A stretch of 64,000 nt of DNA, taken from assembly GCA_048213135.1 (NCBI GenBank), contig PS015097.1, positions 10,679-74,678 of the forward strand, in the 5' to 3' direction. This DNA is from Reclinomonas americana ATCC 50394. Its lineage: Eukaryota. Shown piece by piece: positions 38,409 to 50,413 of this stretch (the stretch's first letter is position 1; each line of letters opens with the position of its first letter). The translations under genes were made by a program, and so were the position numbers. Under the pieces are notes generated by a model. That model had not been told where the DNA came from and searched no databases. It saw only the letters and a program-made list of their open reading frames with translations.

Positions 38409-38883
38409 AGCCAGTGCAGAAGGGCTGGAGAGTGGCCGCCTGGTGCGCCACTGTCGCTGGCCGTGTCCCCTGGAGGCCCGGAAAACGGTGGATGTGGTTG
38501 CTGCTGCTGTTGCTGCTGCTGATAGTACGCCATCATTCCGTCAACCAGAGTGCGTGCCACGGCTGGGATCCACTGCGGCACCGCTGCATCGGCCTGCTGC
38601 TGCGCAGCAGAATGATCTGGAGTGGCTCGCGACATGGCCGCACTGAGGTAGGCACTCGGCGTGGCCGCTCGCGAGACCGGTGCCGACGCCGCACGTCGAG
38701 CCTGCCAGCAGACTGTTAGCACAAGATGAGATCGCAAGCAGCGGCAACAAGGTAGCACGCACCGTGCCCATGTGGCCCGGACTCAAGTCGTTCCACACAG
38801 CATTGCGCACCAGGTCGGCAACTTGGTCGGGATTCGGCAATCCACTGCCAACGTCCTGCGGCCGAGTGGGGTCAGAGACAGAT

Positions 38884-38920
<37 letters not shown>

Positions 38921-40810
38921 AATATCGCAGGCACGAAACTGGTTGTGCCAGGAGTGTGTAGGCGGGCGGAGCGCGACCCGATGGCGTCCCACTTCTGGAG
39001 GCGGTCGACGGTGTCGGCGGTGCTGACTGCTGAGGACGATACGCCGCACTGCCATCGTCGGTAACTCGTGCACCGTTCGTCCCTGCCGGCGGTGCCATCA
39101 TTCGTTTGGAAGGCAGGGACGCAGGCGCTGCTGCAGCTGCTGATGTGGCTCGAGTTACGGTCGGTGAAGCATCTGCGTGCCATCAATGAGTCGGGAGTGC
39201 GTACCACGCAAATGAGGTGTCGAGCGAACCGTCCACGTCTTCGTCGTCGGCCAGGTGCGAGCGGGCGAGACCTGAATCCCCGACGCCGTGCTGAACGTTC
39301 ACCACGGCCGTGGCGGCGTACGTGTTGAGCACCTCTTGCAGCAGCTGACTGAGCTTGAGGAGAGTCTGCTGAATCTGCTTGAAGGACATGTCCTCGAGAA
39401 TGGCCTCGTCGTTTTCGAGGGAGAGCGGAATGCCCTGTTCGGCGGAGAATCGCTTGAACAGCTCCATGGCCACACGGTACTCTTGTCGCCGGGCGTGCAT
39501 CTCCTGTCGGATACTTGGACCTTCCACGATCAGAAACGCGTCAAGAGGCGTGTTGCGCACAAAGCGCGTCGGGTATGTGTTTTTCAAAAACGCCACCGAA
39601 TCCGCCACCGCCTGCTCCCACAGCAGCGGAATGCCCTTGTCCACACCTGCTCACACATCCGCCCATGAGACAATACGGTCGAGCGCGTCGTGACTGTTAC
39701 ACACACACACACACACCGGCAATGTGCAGCGTGCCCCACCGGTGTGCCTCCACCTGCAGACGGCGAATGCTAGACTCCACCGTCTGCTCATCGAAGCGGT
39801 TTCGCAAGAAGAACTCCTTGAAACGACGGATCTGCGACACTGCGAGGTGAGCCAGCGCAGACAAGCATTGCAATACGACAACCTGCAACCACAAGCAAAC
39901 CGTGACGAGACCCATCAGTGGCCCGACATCGCGCATAAACTGATACGTGTGCTTGATAAGCGTCTCGGCAGTGAGCGACACCGCATCACCGCCGGCCAGT
40001 GCAAGCAGGAAGAAGAGCAGGTCGTCCGACGACAAGTACCCACGACCCGTCTGCACACAAATGAGCGACCGGTCCACAGCAGCGCGCAAACCAGAGCACT
40101 GACCTGATCCAGCTTGAAGAACAGCTGCTCCACCAGCGACAGCCAGCGCCCGCCCACTCCCAGCGCAATGAGCCGCTTGTTGTGCTCATTGATCAACAGA
40201 CCCAACATCAGATCGAGCTCGCTCTCGTGTCGCTCCCGCAGCAACGTCCGCATGTTGCGTTCGCCAAACTTTAGCGTCGACGTCGTCGTCGTCGTCGTTG
40301 CCGATGTGGTTGACGACGACGTCGCAGAGGCCACAGACGACGAGGAGGGCGATGCCGGTGGCGCACCGTCATTGCTCTGCTGCAACTGATCACACAAGCA
40401 GCATGAGACAAAGCAAAGGCGGAGCGTGATTCGATGAGGTTTCGCCCGCACCTGCTGCGTCCAGGCAGTGTACAGCGAACTGAACTCGGCCTCGGTGATC
40501 GATCCGCTCACCGACCACGAGAGCACTTGCAGAAAGTTCTCCACATCTGTGCACGCACTCACTCATCAGAACTCTCTCACACACACACACACACATGCGC
40601 AAGGTACCTGAGGGTGGCACAGAGGCCAGACCAACGTCGCGAACGTGAGCATCGCCAGGAACGCTCCCATCCAACACCTCAATCATCTGCGCACACACAA
40701 TCAGACACTGTTTCACACTCGTTACGCGTGTGCGAGTGTGTGCGTCTGTGGTGACTCACCAGTGACTTGACGAGGGCCAGCCATCGAATGGTAACCGTGG
40801 GCGTCCCCAT
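36613..40810 (-). CDS. Large hypothetical protein with an EF-hand-like motif, poly-Q tracts and an SPR-rich disordered C-terminus; 3' end uncertain
   Basis: Series of spliceable exons with coding-like codon bias. LFFKLDQ|TGRGYLSSDDLLFFL resembles an EF-hand. Confidence 0.6.
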
Positions 40811-40940
40811 CACTCCGCGCGAAGACTGAGACAGAGAGCGCGGGCCCTCACGTGCACTCGATCGATCTGTCCGTTCCTCAATCTGTGAATGCGAGTGCTC
40901 ACGTTGCGTGATCGCTCTCACTCACACACTGCAGTAACAC

Positions 40941-42211
40941 ATGTCACTGATGAAACGCAGTCGCTTGTGGTCGTCTTCTGCGGCAGCGTCGGTGGCGACA
41001 ACACCTGTTGTTGCCAAGCTCTTTTCGTATGCTGCCTGCCCGTTCTGCGCCAAGGTGCGCACCGTGCTGCGCTTCCACCAGATTCCCTATGAAGAGGTGT
41101 GTGTGTGTGTGTGTTTATGCCTTCTCTCTCTGATTGCTCCTGTGTGCATTGCTGAACAAAATGCATGCATCGAAAAGATCCCTGTCGATCCCTTGAACAA
41201 GAAGGAGATTGCATTCTCCACCGACTGGCAGAAGGTGTGTGGTGAGTGTACAGTGCGACCCTTGTCCATCTCTCACACGCGGCCGTTGTCGTCGTGCAGG
41301 TTCCGATCTTGATAATGGACGGCAAGACCATCGGTATGTATTCTCTCTCTTCTGTCCCCAAGCACGCAAGCTCTCTTTGTTGGGAAAGCTCATTTGATGA
41401 CAGTTGACTCAAACACCATTGTGAACTCGGTGGTGGAAAGAGCGCATACACTGGGCCTGGCGACGGCGCTGCTGCTGAGTTGCGTGCGTCGGACTGGAAG
41501 TGCGCATGGCGCGGCTATCCGACCATGCTCATGTGTTTTTTTGCAGGCGCGGAACAGCGAATCGATGAGCAAGTGTGGCGCAAGTGGGCCGACGAAAAGC
41601 TGGTCCGCTTGCTGCCGGTGTTGGCGTTGCGTTGGCCTCACGATCGTGTGCTTTGCCTCCTCGCACATGCTTGTTGACTTCGCGGTGCACCACAGGCACG
41701 AAAAGTTTGAGGATGCACGCAAATCGATGAGCCACGTTTCGCAGGTGAGTGCGTCGCATGCAGGAGAGACTGCTGTTGGGGAGTGCGACGGCTGATCTCC
41801 GTTTGTGGATTGGAATCAGGGACTGTCATGGAATCCGCTGAAGCGTGTGGCTCTACAATGGGGTGGGGCTGTGTTCATGCGTCTTGCACACCGCCGAATG
41901 CGTGAGCGAGCTGGACTGCAGGTGTCGGATAACGCGCAGTTGATTGTTGGTCGTGAATTGAGTCTGTGGCGGGCCGCCATTGGTACGCGCGCGCTGCAGT
42001 CCTCACTGATGCTCGCTGCCGGCTTACTGAGCGTGCTGGCAGGCAAGCAACCATTCAACGGAGGCCAGCTTCCCATCCTCAGCGATCTCACCGTGTACTC
42101 GTACCTGAGTACTATCGAAGGCCTGTCGTTCTGGGAGAACTTGATACGCGAAGCAGATCTGCTGCATTGGTTTGATGTCTGCCTCGCTTCCTCACCTGCT
42201 CCACAACGACG

Positions 42212-42248
<37 letters not shown>

Positions 42249-42322
42249 CGCGCAGGTACCATCGTGTCAAAGAAGCAGTAGAGCGCACCACCGTCGCGGA
42301 AGCAAAACAACAATCACCATAG
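40941..42322 (+). CDS. PTGES2: Prostaglandin E synthase 2-like glutaredoxin/GST protein
   Basis: LFSYAACPFCAKVR, VDPLNKKEI, QKVPIL, VDSNTIV, WRKWADEKLV, FNGGQLP..SDLTVY and WYHRV. Confidence 0.85.
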
Positions 42323-42507
42323 AGCAACGTAGAAGAGGAGCGGAAACACTCCATTCTTTTGATAAAAAGAGAGGTAAAAAGACACGTCTGTAAAGCGCGA
42401 CAACAAACAAATCATCAAAACAAATACACATCCGCTGGCGTCGGCAAGCATCGGTGGTGGTGGTGGTGGTGGTGGTGGTGGTGGTGAGTAAGAGGTGCGC
42501 AGCCTCT

Positions 42508-43047
42508 TTACGACGACGTGCCGAATACAACGCTGGTGCCTGGCGGCAACTTGGGCAAGTACTGGCCTGGGCCCGGTGAGGTCTGCGCAACTCGCAGCGT
42601 GAGCAAACAAACACAAGAACGTCAGAGTGGTGGTGCAACGACAGGCACTCACGTTGTCGACTCGCGGCTCGTGACGTCCCTGCAACGAGAACTGCGGACC
42701 ATGTCCAGGCGACTTTGGGTCGTACTGACCGGGTCCCACCGGATTGGCGGCATCTGTCGGCATGAATTCGTAAGCACACAAGGAGTCGACGCCACTCTCT
42801 CTTTCTCTCTTTCTCTCTTTCTCTCACCTTTGATGGGTGTACGCACGCCCATGGAGAAGGCCGGCGCAGCGCGCTTCACCTTGCTCGGATCGGCGGGCGC
42901 GTACTGACCAGGAGCCGGAGTATCGGAAGTCGGTGACTTGGAGTGACGCGAGGCGATCGTGTAGCCGGGTGCGCCCTTGCCGACAGTTGACGGCACATCA
43001 TACGCGCCTGGCGGTGGTGTAGCGCCTACTCAATCACAGATGAGTGA

Positions 43048-43080
<33 letters not shown>

Positions 43081-46000
43081 TGGTGCAACTGCACGCACCA
43101 ATCTCCTGGCTGTGATGCCGACCGGCCATCGAGAAGCCTGGTCCGTGGCCGATTGTTGACGGCGCGCCGTACGCTCCCGGTCCAGGAGTAATATTAGTCG
43201 GCGAACCGCCCTTGTTACGCCCACTGCAATCAATCTCACACCATCAGAAAAATGCCAGACACAGAGCAACAACAACAACAACAACACCGACCTGATTGAG
43301 TACGCCGGTGCGCCTGGCGACGTAGGCGCACTGTAGGCGCCCGGACCAGGAGTGAGGTTCTCGTTGCGCTCCTCGTGCCGGCCAGATATCGTCACGCCGC
43401 CCTGTGAGCGGCTGGTGGCAGCCGACACGTCGTACGCACCAGGTCCAGGGGACATTGCTGTGCGACAAAAGTCAGTAACACGGAGGGAGCCGGAGGGAAT
43501 GCGCGCGAATCGACTCAACAATGTGAGGCTGACTTGGGCCGCGACTGTACAATGAAAAAAAAGCACATCTCGCGTGAGTACAAGTGGCCCTTGGCGTAAC
43601 ATGCTATTTGTGTGTGCGCAACTCCAAAGCTGAACTGCGGGCCACCCTTCAGAGCCGAAACAGCCTCGCCGCTGGCATACTGTCCCGGTCCCGGTGTCTC
43701 ACTGCCCTTGCTCGGTGACGATCGCCCGCCAATGCTGTACGCAATCTTGCTCCCCGGCTTGGCTGGATTGTAAGCAGACGGACCGGGTCCGAGAGCCTGC
43801 TGAGTCTGCTTGTGCCGACCACTGATGGTGTAGCCAGGTCCACTCTTGCCAATGGCCGACGGCACCTCGTACTGTGGTCCAGGCACGTCCGACGTGGCTG
43901 CGCTCCACAAAATCACCATTCAGTGAGCAGTGTAACCTCGAAAAAACTCCAACGACGCCGGAGACACGTAACCCTTGGATTTCGGTCTCGAGCCCATGGA
44001 GTACGCGGGCGCCGAGCTTGGTCGCGACGGCGAGTACTGGCCGGCACCAGGCACAACATGGTGCGCCGATGGTGTGTGACGGCCCGACATGGAGAACGCT
44101 GGTGCACCAGAGAGAGCACGGCCAGAGCTGTCATACGCACCAGGCCCAGGCGCATCGGACGACGACGGCTCCTTGTAGCGACCAGAAATGCTGACTCCCT
44201 TCTTCGTGGAAATGGCCGACGGTGCTTGGTACTGTCCGGGTACACAATGAGTGAGCAATGAGAAGAATTACTGCGTCGACAATGATCAATTGACGCAACG
44301 GCACCAGGACCGGGGCCAGTGACACGGTCGCGAGACGGCGGGCGGCCACTGATGGTGAACTGCGATGGAAGAGGTGAGTGCGTGCCACGTTTCTGGAGAG
44401 ACAGGGGGAGGTGGCAGACCTTGGGTCCGCTGGCACCGACAGATGAGGGCGCCACGTACTGTCCGGGACCAACTGGGTTGTTGTCGCTCTTGATGGGCGT
44501 GCGTGCGCCCATGGAGAAGGCCGGGGCTTTCGAGCGGACTGGCGACACATCGGCGCCATAGTTGCCAGGGCCAGGGGTTTGGTCGCGCGATCTGCGAATG
44601 CGTCAGTCTGCATGTTTGCTGATGAACCAGAAAGAAAGAGCAAGAGGAGAGAGGCGCAACTTTTGCTCATGGCGACCGCTGATGGAGAAACCACCACGTG
44701 CGCTCACGGACGATGGCGTCGAGTACTGGCCGGGTCCAGGTGCTGTGTCGCGGTTGCGACTCGAGGGACGACCCTGCGCAAATACCAGCATGAGCTCACC
44801 ACCATCGACAACGCACAAAACGCTCCATTATCGTGCACTACGAAACAGCAATGGAGAACTTGGGTCCCGTGCTGCCGATCTTGGAGCTCACATCGTATCC
44901 GCCAGGACCCACACCGCCTCCCTCCTGCTTTCGGTCGTGACGCGCCGACATGGAGAACGCCGGAGCGTTGGGCCGCGCCGCTGACAAATCGGTCGCGTAT
45001 GCTCCTGCACGCATTTCACAGACTCGTGAGCATGCTGGTCGTTGTTGTCCAGTGCGACAGCAAAACAAGGAGACAAACCGGGACCAGGTCCATCCGCATA
45101 TGACGGCTCGTTGTGACGGCCAGAGATGGTGGCCTTGACGCCCTTGCCAATGGTCGACTCGGGAACATACTGCACAACCACGAACCGTAAGCGATGGAAA
45201 AGTGCCTCTGTCTTGTGCGGGGAGGAGACGCACCGCTCCCGGCCCCGGTGTGGTGGGCACACTCTGCGAAGAGGAGCGTCCGGAGATCGAAAACGCTGGC
45301 CCCGCCGAACCCTTGACGGGCGTGTACTGACCAGGACCCACTGCGTGCACCACATACCGCGTCAATTGACTCATCGTCGTCGTGTAATCACCGCCGCCGC
45401 CACACAAACCTGGATTGCGATCCTCCTTCAACTCGGTCCTGCTTCCAATGGTAAAGGCCGGAGCACGCTGCTTCACTGGCGACAAGTCAGCCGCGTACGA
45501 ACCCGGAGCCGGCGACTGGTTCTTCTCTTGGCTGAGAGACGGAGTGCGGGGAAACGAGTGTCAGCCACAAATCCAGCACGTTGGAAAAAAACAAAGGTGG
45601 CGCTCAACTTGACAGAATGCCGTCCCGAGATGCTGTAGGCGGCGCCCTTGGAGTACACCGGAGTGTCCCCGATGCTGCTCGGTGCCGCATACGTGCCCGG
45701 TCCTGTGACGAATTGGATGAGTCGGAAGTGACGCAGAACAATGCACCGACACGCAAAGAAACACAGACCAGGTGTGGTGTCGCGGTCCTGCGATTTCGGC
45801 CGCGAACCCATGGTGAATGCTGGCGCGGTGCTGGGTCGTGCAGGTGAGTACTGTCCAGCACCCGGCACTTGCTGCGCCTGCTGTTGCTGGTGTCGGCCAG
45901 AGATGGAGAAGGCGGGAGCGGCGGTTCCGAGCGGCGGAGCGGCGGCGTTGTAGGCGCCTGTTTCGTACAAGTGACAGCATGAGCAAGCGATAAAGAGAGA

Positions 46001-47077
46001 GAGGGAGAGAGCGAGTGACGAACCAGGCCCAGGGATCTCGTCGCCATGTGCGTCCTTGTAGCGGCCGGAGATGGTGGCGGCGGGACCCTTGCCAACAGTG
46101 GAGGACGCTTGATACTGCAGACGCAGTCAGTGTGACAACAAGGCGAGCGAGAGAGAAACATGGAGGGAGAGAGAGAGAGAGAGAGTACGGTATTGTGTGA
46201 CAAGACGCAACGGCGCCAGGTCCAGGAGCTGTGTCTGTGTGCTTGGCCTCGTGGCGGCCAGAGATGCTGAAACTCGGCACCCCCGAGCCAATCGGTTGCT
46301 CGACTGCGTACTGGCCTGGACCCACATCGATAGCATCTTGCTTGAGATTGGTGCGCACCTGCGAGGAACGGTCAGCAATCATGCTACGCGGTGACAACAG
46401 CGAGGTCGTCGGCACACACGAAACTCCCATGGAATAGGCCGGCGCACGAGAACGTGTTGGCGACACATCGACGCCGTAGTTGCCGGGTCCGGGAGTCAAA
46501 TCCTTTGACCTGTGTGACATCGTTCCCCTTAGTATGTGTGACATGCACACACGGCACAGAGGAGAGCACACGCACTTGGCCTCGTGTCGACCAGAGATGG
46601 AGTGGGCGGGTCCACCGAGACTGCCCTTGGCGGTGACGTCGTATGCACCCGGTCCCGGAATGGTGCCTGCCTCATTGCCGTGATCGTTGTGACGGCCCTG
46701 CGTGCGCGACACGGCAAGTGAGCACGAATGAATCACCATGCACAGCTACTGGCTGGTTAAGGGTGCGTACCAAAAGCGTGAATGCGGGTCCCGTGTTGCC
46801 CGCTTGCACCTGCGCCACACCGTGTCAGCAGAGAAGTCGCACAAACCAATCCTAGTATGAGCGCACGCACCGAGTAAGCACCAGGTCCGACGCCGTGATC
46901 GAGATCCTTGGGCTGGTGACGACCACTCATGGACCACGCCGGCTGGTTGGTGGCGGTGGATACCGGCTGCTTGCCCACACCTCCAATCGCCGAGTATGCT
47001 CCTGTGCGTGATGTCAGCAGACGGAAAACCCAACGTAGAGAAAGAGTGAGCGAGATGTGTGCACGACTACAGCGGTC

Positions 47078-47113
<36 letters not shown>

Positions 47114-48993
47114 ATCTCTGCGACTGTGCACTTTACGGGCGCAATAGTGAGTGAAGTGTACGCGAACGGGGCTGTTGACGAACCTGGCCCGGGGCTCTCA
47201 CTCGGCCTGTCGGACGACTGGCGACCGGAAAGCGTAACCTTTGGACCGCTGCCAATGGTCGACGGTGCTTGGTACTGCCAAACATGACTGGATGAGGAGG
47301 GCGAACGGCTCACGCTAAATCATGGGAGTCAAGCGACTCACCGTTCCAGGTCCGGGCGAGACAGCCGCCTTGGAGGGCGAATGCCGGCCGGAGATGGAGA
47401 ACTGCGGAGCGCCCTCGCCAATCGACGAGCGCACATCGTACTGTCCCGGAGCCGTGGGATTGGTTGGCATTTCCGACGACCCGCGACCCTGTATCCCACC
47501 ACGAAAGTCAGCCAGCAGTCACCACACGGTGAAACAAACAAAGAATGACTGGCAGACCGAAAGCGTGTACGCTGGAGACTTGGGGCGCACGGCACCAACA
47601 TCGACCGCATAGTTTCCCGGTCCAGGAGTCAGATCCTTCGAGCTGTGAACTCGTCATGAGTTTTTTGATCAACAAGTACGCCATGTGGCAGGGAACGCAC
47701 TGTTGATCGTGTCGACCGGCGATCGTTGGCGCTGGCGACTTGCCAATGGTAGACGGCGGCACGTAGGCGCCAGGTCCCGGTGTCTCGTCCGTGTGCTGGT
47801 GATCATGTCGGGCGGATATCGAAAACGCTGGTGCTGCATGACCCACCACTGCGGCCTTGCCAGACACCTACACAAAGAACAGTGAGACAAGGAGGTCGGT
47901 GTGGAGCGAGAAAACACAAGAGGGACCTCGTAGCTGCCGGGCCCGGCACCCAAAGCCTCTGCACAGCGGGTGAACAGTGAGCAACTCGATGCAGGAGAGG
48001 AAAGGGGAGAGGAAACGCACCCTGGTGAGTTGGGTGGCGCCCAGCAATGCTCCACTTGGGGTTCTCGCCAATGTACGACTTTTCCGCGTACGCGCCGGGC
48101 GCGGGAGTCTGCGAGACAAGCGTGGAGCGCAGAGTGGGTCTCTTGCATGGGAAGCGCGGATCACGGGACTGCTTCTCTCCCAGAAACAATAACACGCCTC
48201 TCTCACTTGCCGTACTCTGCGTGCCTCTCGCAGAGACGACTGTGCAGTCTGCAAGAAACTCGAAGACATGTTCTCTACTTCTCCATGCTGTCCACTATCC
48301 ACGACTCCTCTGTCTCCGTGCTTTGTGTGCGTGCGTGTGTGCGAGCGAGCGAGTGTCACCTCTCGCAAGAAACAAGAAGACGTGTTCTCTCCTTTTCCAT
48401 GCCGTTCACGACTCCTCCTCTCTCGCTCATTCTCTCTCTCTCTCTCTGTGTGTGTGTAAGAGAGAGAGTGTGTGTCACCTCTCTGTGCAGTGTGCAGGAA
48501 ACACGAACATCTCGTTCTCTTGCAGTGCTATCTACGACTCCTCTGTCTCTTTCCCTCTCCACTCCAAGTGTCACGCATCGACGCACAACGCACCTCCAGT
48601 TGATCTGCACAGCGCGCACACGCAGTGAACACAGTGAGCAGAGTGAGGTGAGAGGAGGAGAGGAAAACGCCGACCCCGACTGACCTCGTGAAGCCGCCAG
48701 AGGACGACCATCGGTGGCCTTGGCCGGCTGCAGAGGGCCGACAAACACCGAGTTGCCGCCGGTGGACTTGCCAGCGGAAGTCGGGCGCTGAGAGAGAGAA
48801 GAGCGATGAAAGTGAAGGGGGAGAGAGAGTCGGTAACGCATGTCAGTTGGTTTGTTGCATGACCGTGCTTGGTGTGTGCGTGCGTGTGTGTTGGTGTGTG
48901 TTGGTGTGCGTGTGTGCATGCGTGGAGAAGTGCAATGGGATGTATGTGTGGGATAGTATCGGAGGGGAGGGTGGCACGCCTCACCGCTGACAT
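42508..48993 (-). CDS. SHIPPO/ODF3-like (sperm-tail PG-rich) repeat protein with roughly 35 repeats
   Basis: Recurrent units of PGPGxY...PAFS(I/M)xGR over many short exons. The proposed start is MSA|RPTSAGK, with an 11-nt micro-exon at 48594-48604. Confidence 0.85.
48200..48550. repeat. Degenerate ~120-nt tandem triplication in a SHIPPO-gene intron
   Basis: The block gca(a/g)gaaac..gaa..gttctct..acgactcct recurs at about 48250, 48365 and 48495. Confidence 0.7.
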
Positions 48994-49349
48994 TGCGTGA
49001 AATTGGATGACGAAACGGCGCCAATTCGACCGACTGGCCAATGGAATCTGAATTCCTCGAGGCAGGTGCGGGGTCACTGTGGCGTGGACGTTGGCCGGAC
49101 CGGGTTGTACGTGACCTTTTACGTGCAGATCCGAGCTTTCCGGTACGAATTCCTTGCCAGGAAACTGAATGCTTCGATATCGCAGGGTGTCACGGCGAAT
49201 GAGGCCGGCTGGCAATCATCGGGATTTCCAGTTTGCAGGTGGTTCAAATCGGCTGATGGAGGGAAGCTTGGACTTGTTCTAGGTGTGCTGCTTGCTTTGC
49301 CCGGTTTCGAATTCTACGGCACTGGCAAACAATCGCAGCGAGGACTGGA

Positions 49350-49600
49350 AGTGCGGACATTGCTGAGCGACTGCGAAAGTGCATGGAATCCACAGTCTTC
49401 ACGCTCGACTTGCTGAAGCTTCGACACAAGCTGCTGCTGTCAAGATTCGTGCTTGTGGCTGATCCAAGAGCAGCGTGCATGTGGCCGGCCATTGGTTGAG
49501 GCATTGATGTGCAGCAAACGCTGAGCAGCTCACAGAAGCGCGTCGAATCCACTGTCACACAAGCTAACTTTGCTGCCGTCAAGATCGGTGCTTGTGCAGC
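49350..49600. repeat. Degenerate tandem duplication of about 140 nt
   Basis: The block gctgagc..gaatccac..cacaagct..gctgc.gtcaagat.cgtgcttgtg occurs twice. Confidence 0.6.
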
Positions 49601-49654
49601 AGCAACGGCACGTGGCCACGTTCTCCATTGTCGAGACCGCAGACTGCAGCTGCG

Positions 49655-50207
49655 TCACGTGGTCAGCGCGCTGGAGAGCGTCAGTGCAGCATACAAGGGG
49701 AAGTGGTTGCGAGGAATGAGAATGGAGCAGGCTTCACTCCACACTTAAATGTGCAACAACCGACAGCACGACAGCGCGTAGATCTTGCCGAACTTTGCCG
49801 CCAGCTCATCGTCATCCACATCGAGCTCTGCGGCACACAGTAAGAGAGAGAGAGAGCGCTCTCGGAAAAACATCATCTCGGCTTCCCTCCTCACCTGCCA
49901 ACGTGGACATGACACACGGCTCCGGCGGCGCTGGTATGCCCGGGAAGTGTCGCCCAACAGCTGCTCCATCGCCAGAATCAGCCAGGAAGCAAACAAGCAA
50001 GAGAGGAGCAACACAAGGTGCGCGCACCATGCGGGTGAAACTCGCCCACACACGTCATCAAGTCACCGCGCGACTTTAGCGCGTTGCCGGCTGCCTCGAG
50101 GAACGTCCGGACAGTCGCGTGGTAGTCGTCAGAGTCGAGATACCCTTTCACTGCGTCACCCACTGTCAACGAAGGGCAATGAGAATGACATCATCGCGTG
50201 GACAACT
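49655..50207 (-). CDS. Small hypothetical protein; both ends tentative
   Basis: Spliceable exons GDAVKGYLDSDDYHATVRTFLEAA..., AVGRHFPGIPAPPEP... and ELDVDDDELAAKFGKIY. No homology recognised. Confidence 0.4.
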
Positions 50208-50413
50208 CGTCGTTATCTATGCATCTCTCTCTTTCTCTCTCCTTGATGAGCAGCTCCTGTAGTGCTGCACCAAAGAGGAGAGTGAGCAGGGGCCCGCGTG
50301 CGCGCAACTGTGTGAATGTGAAATGGAGTGTCGATGGACGGACGCAAGCCGAATCACCACTTTGTTAACTCGCTGGAGGCGCGCGTTCCCCTTCACCCCT
50401 CTCCCCAGCCAAC

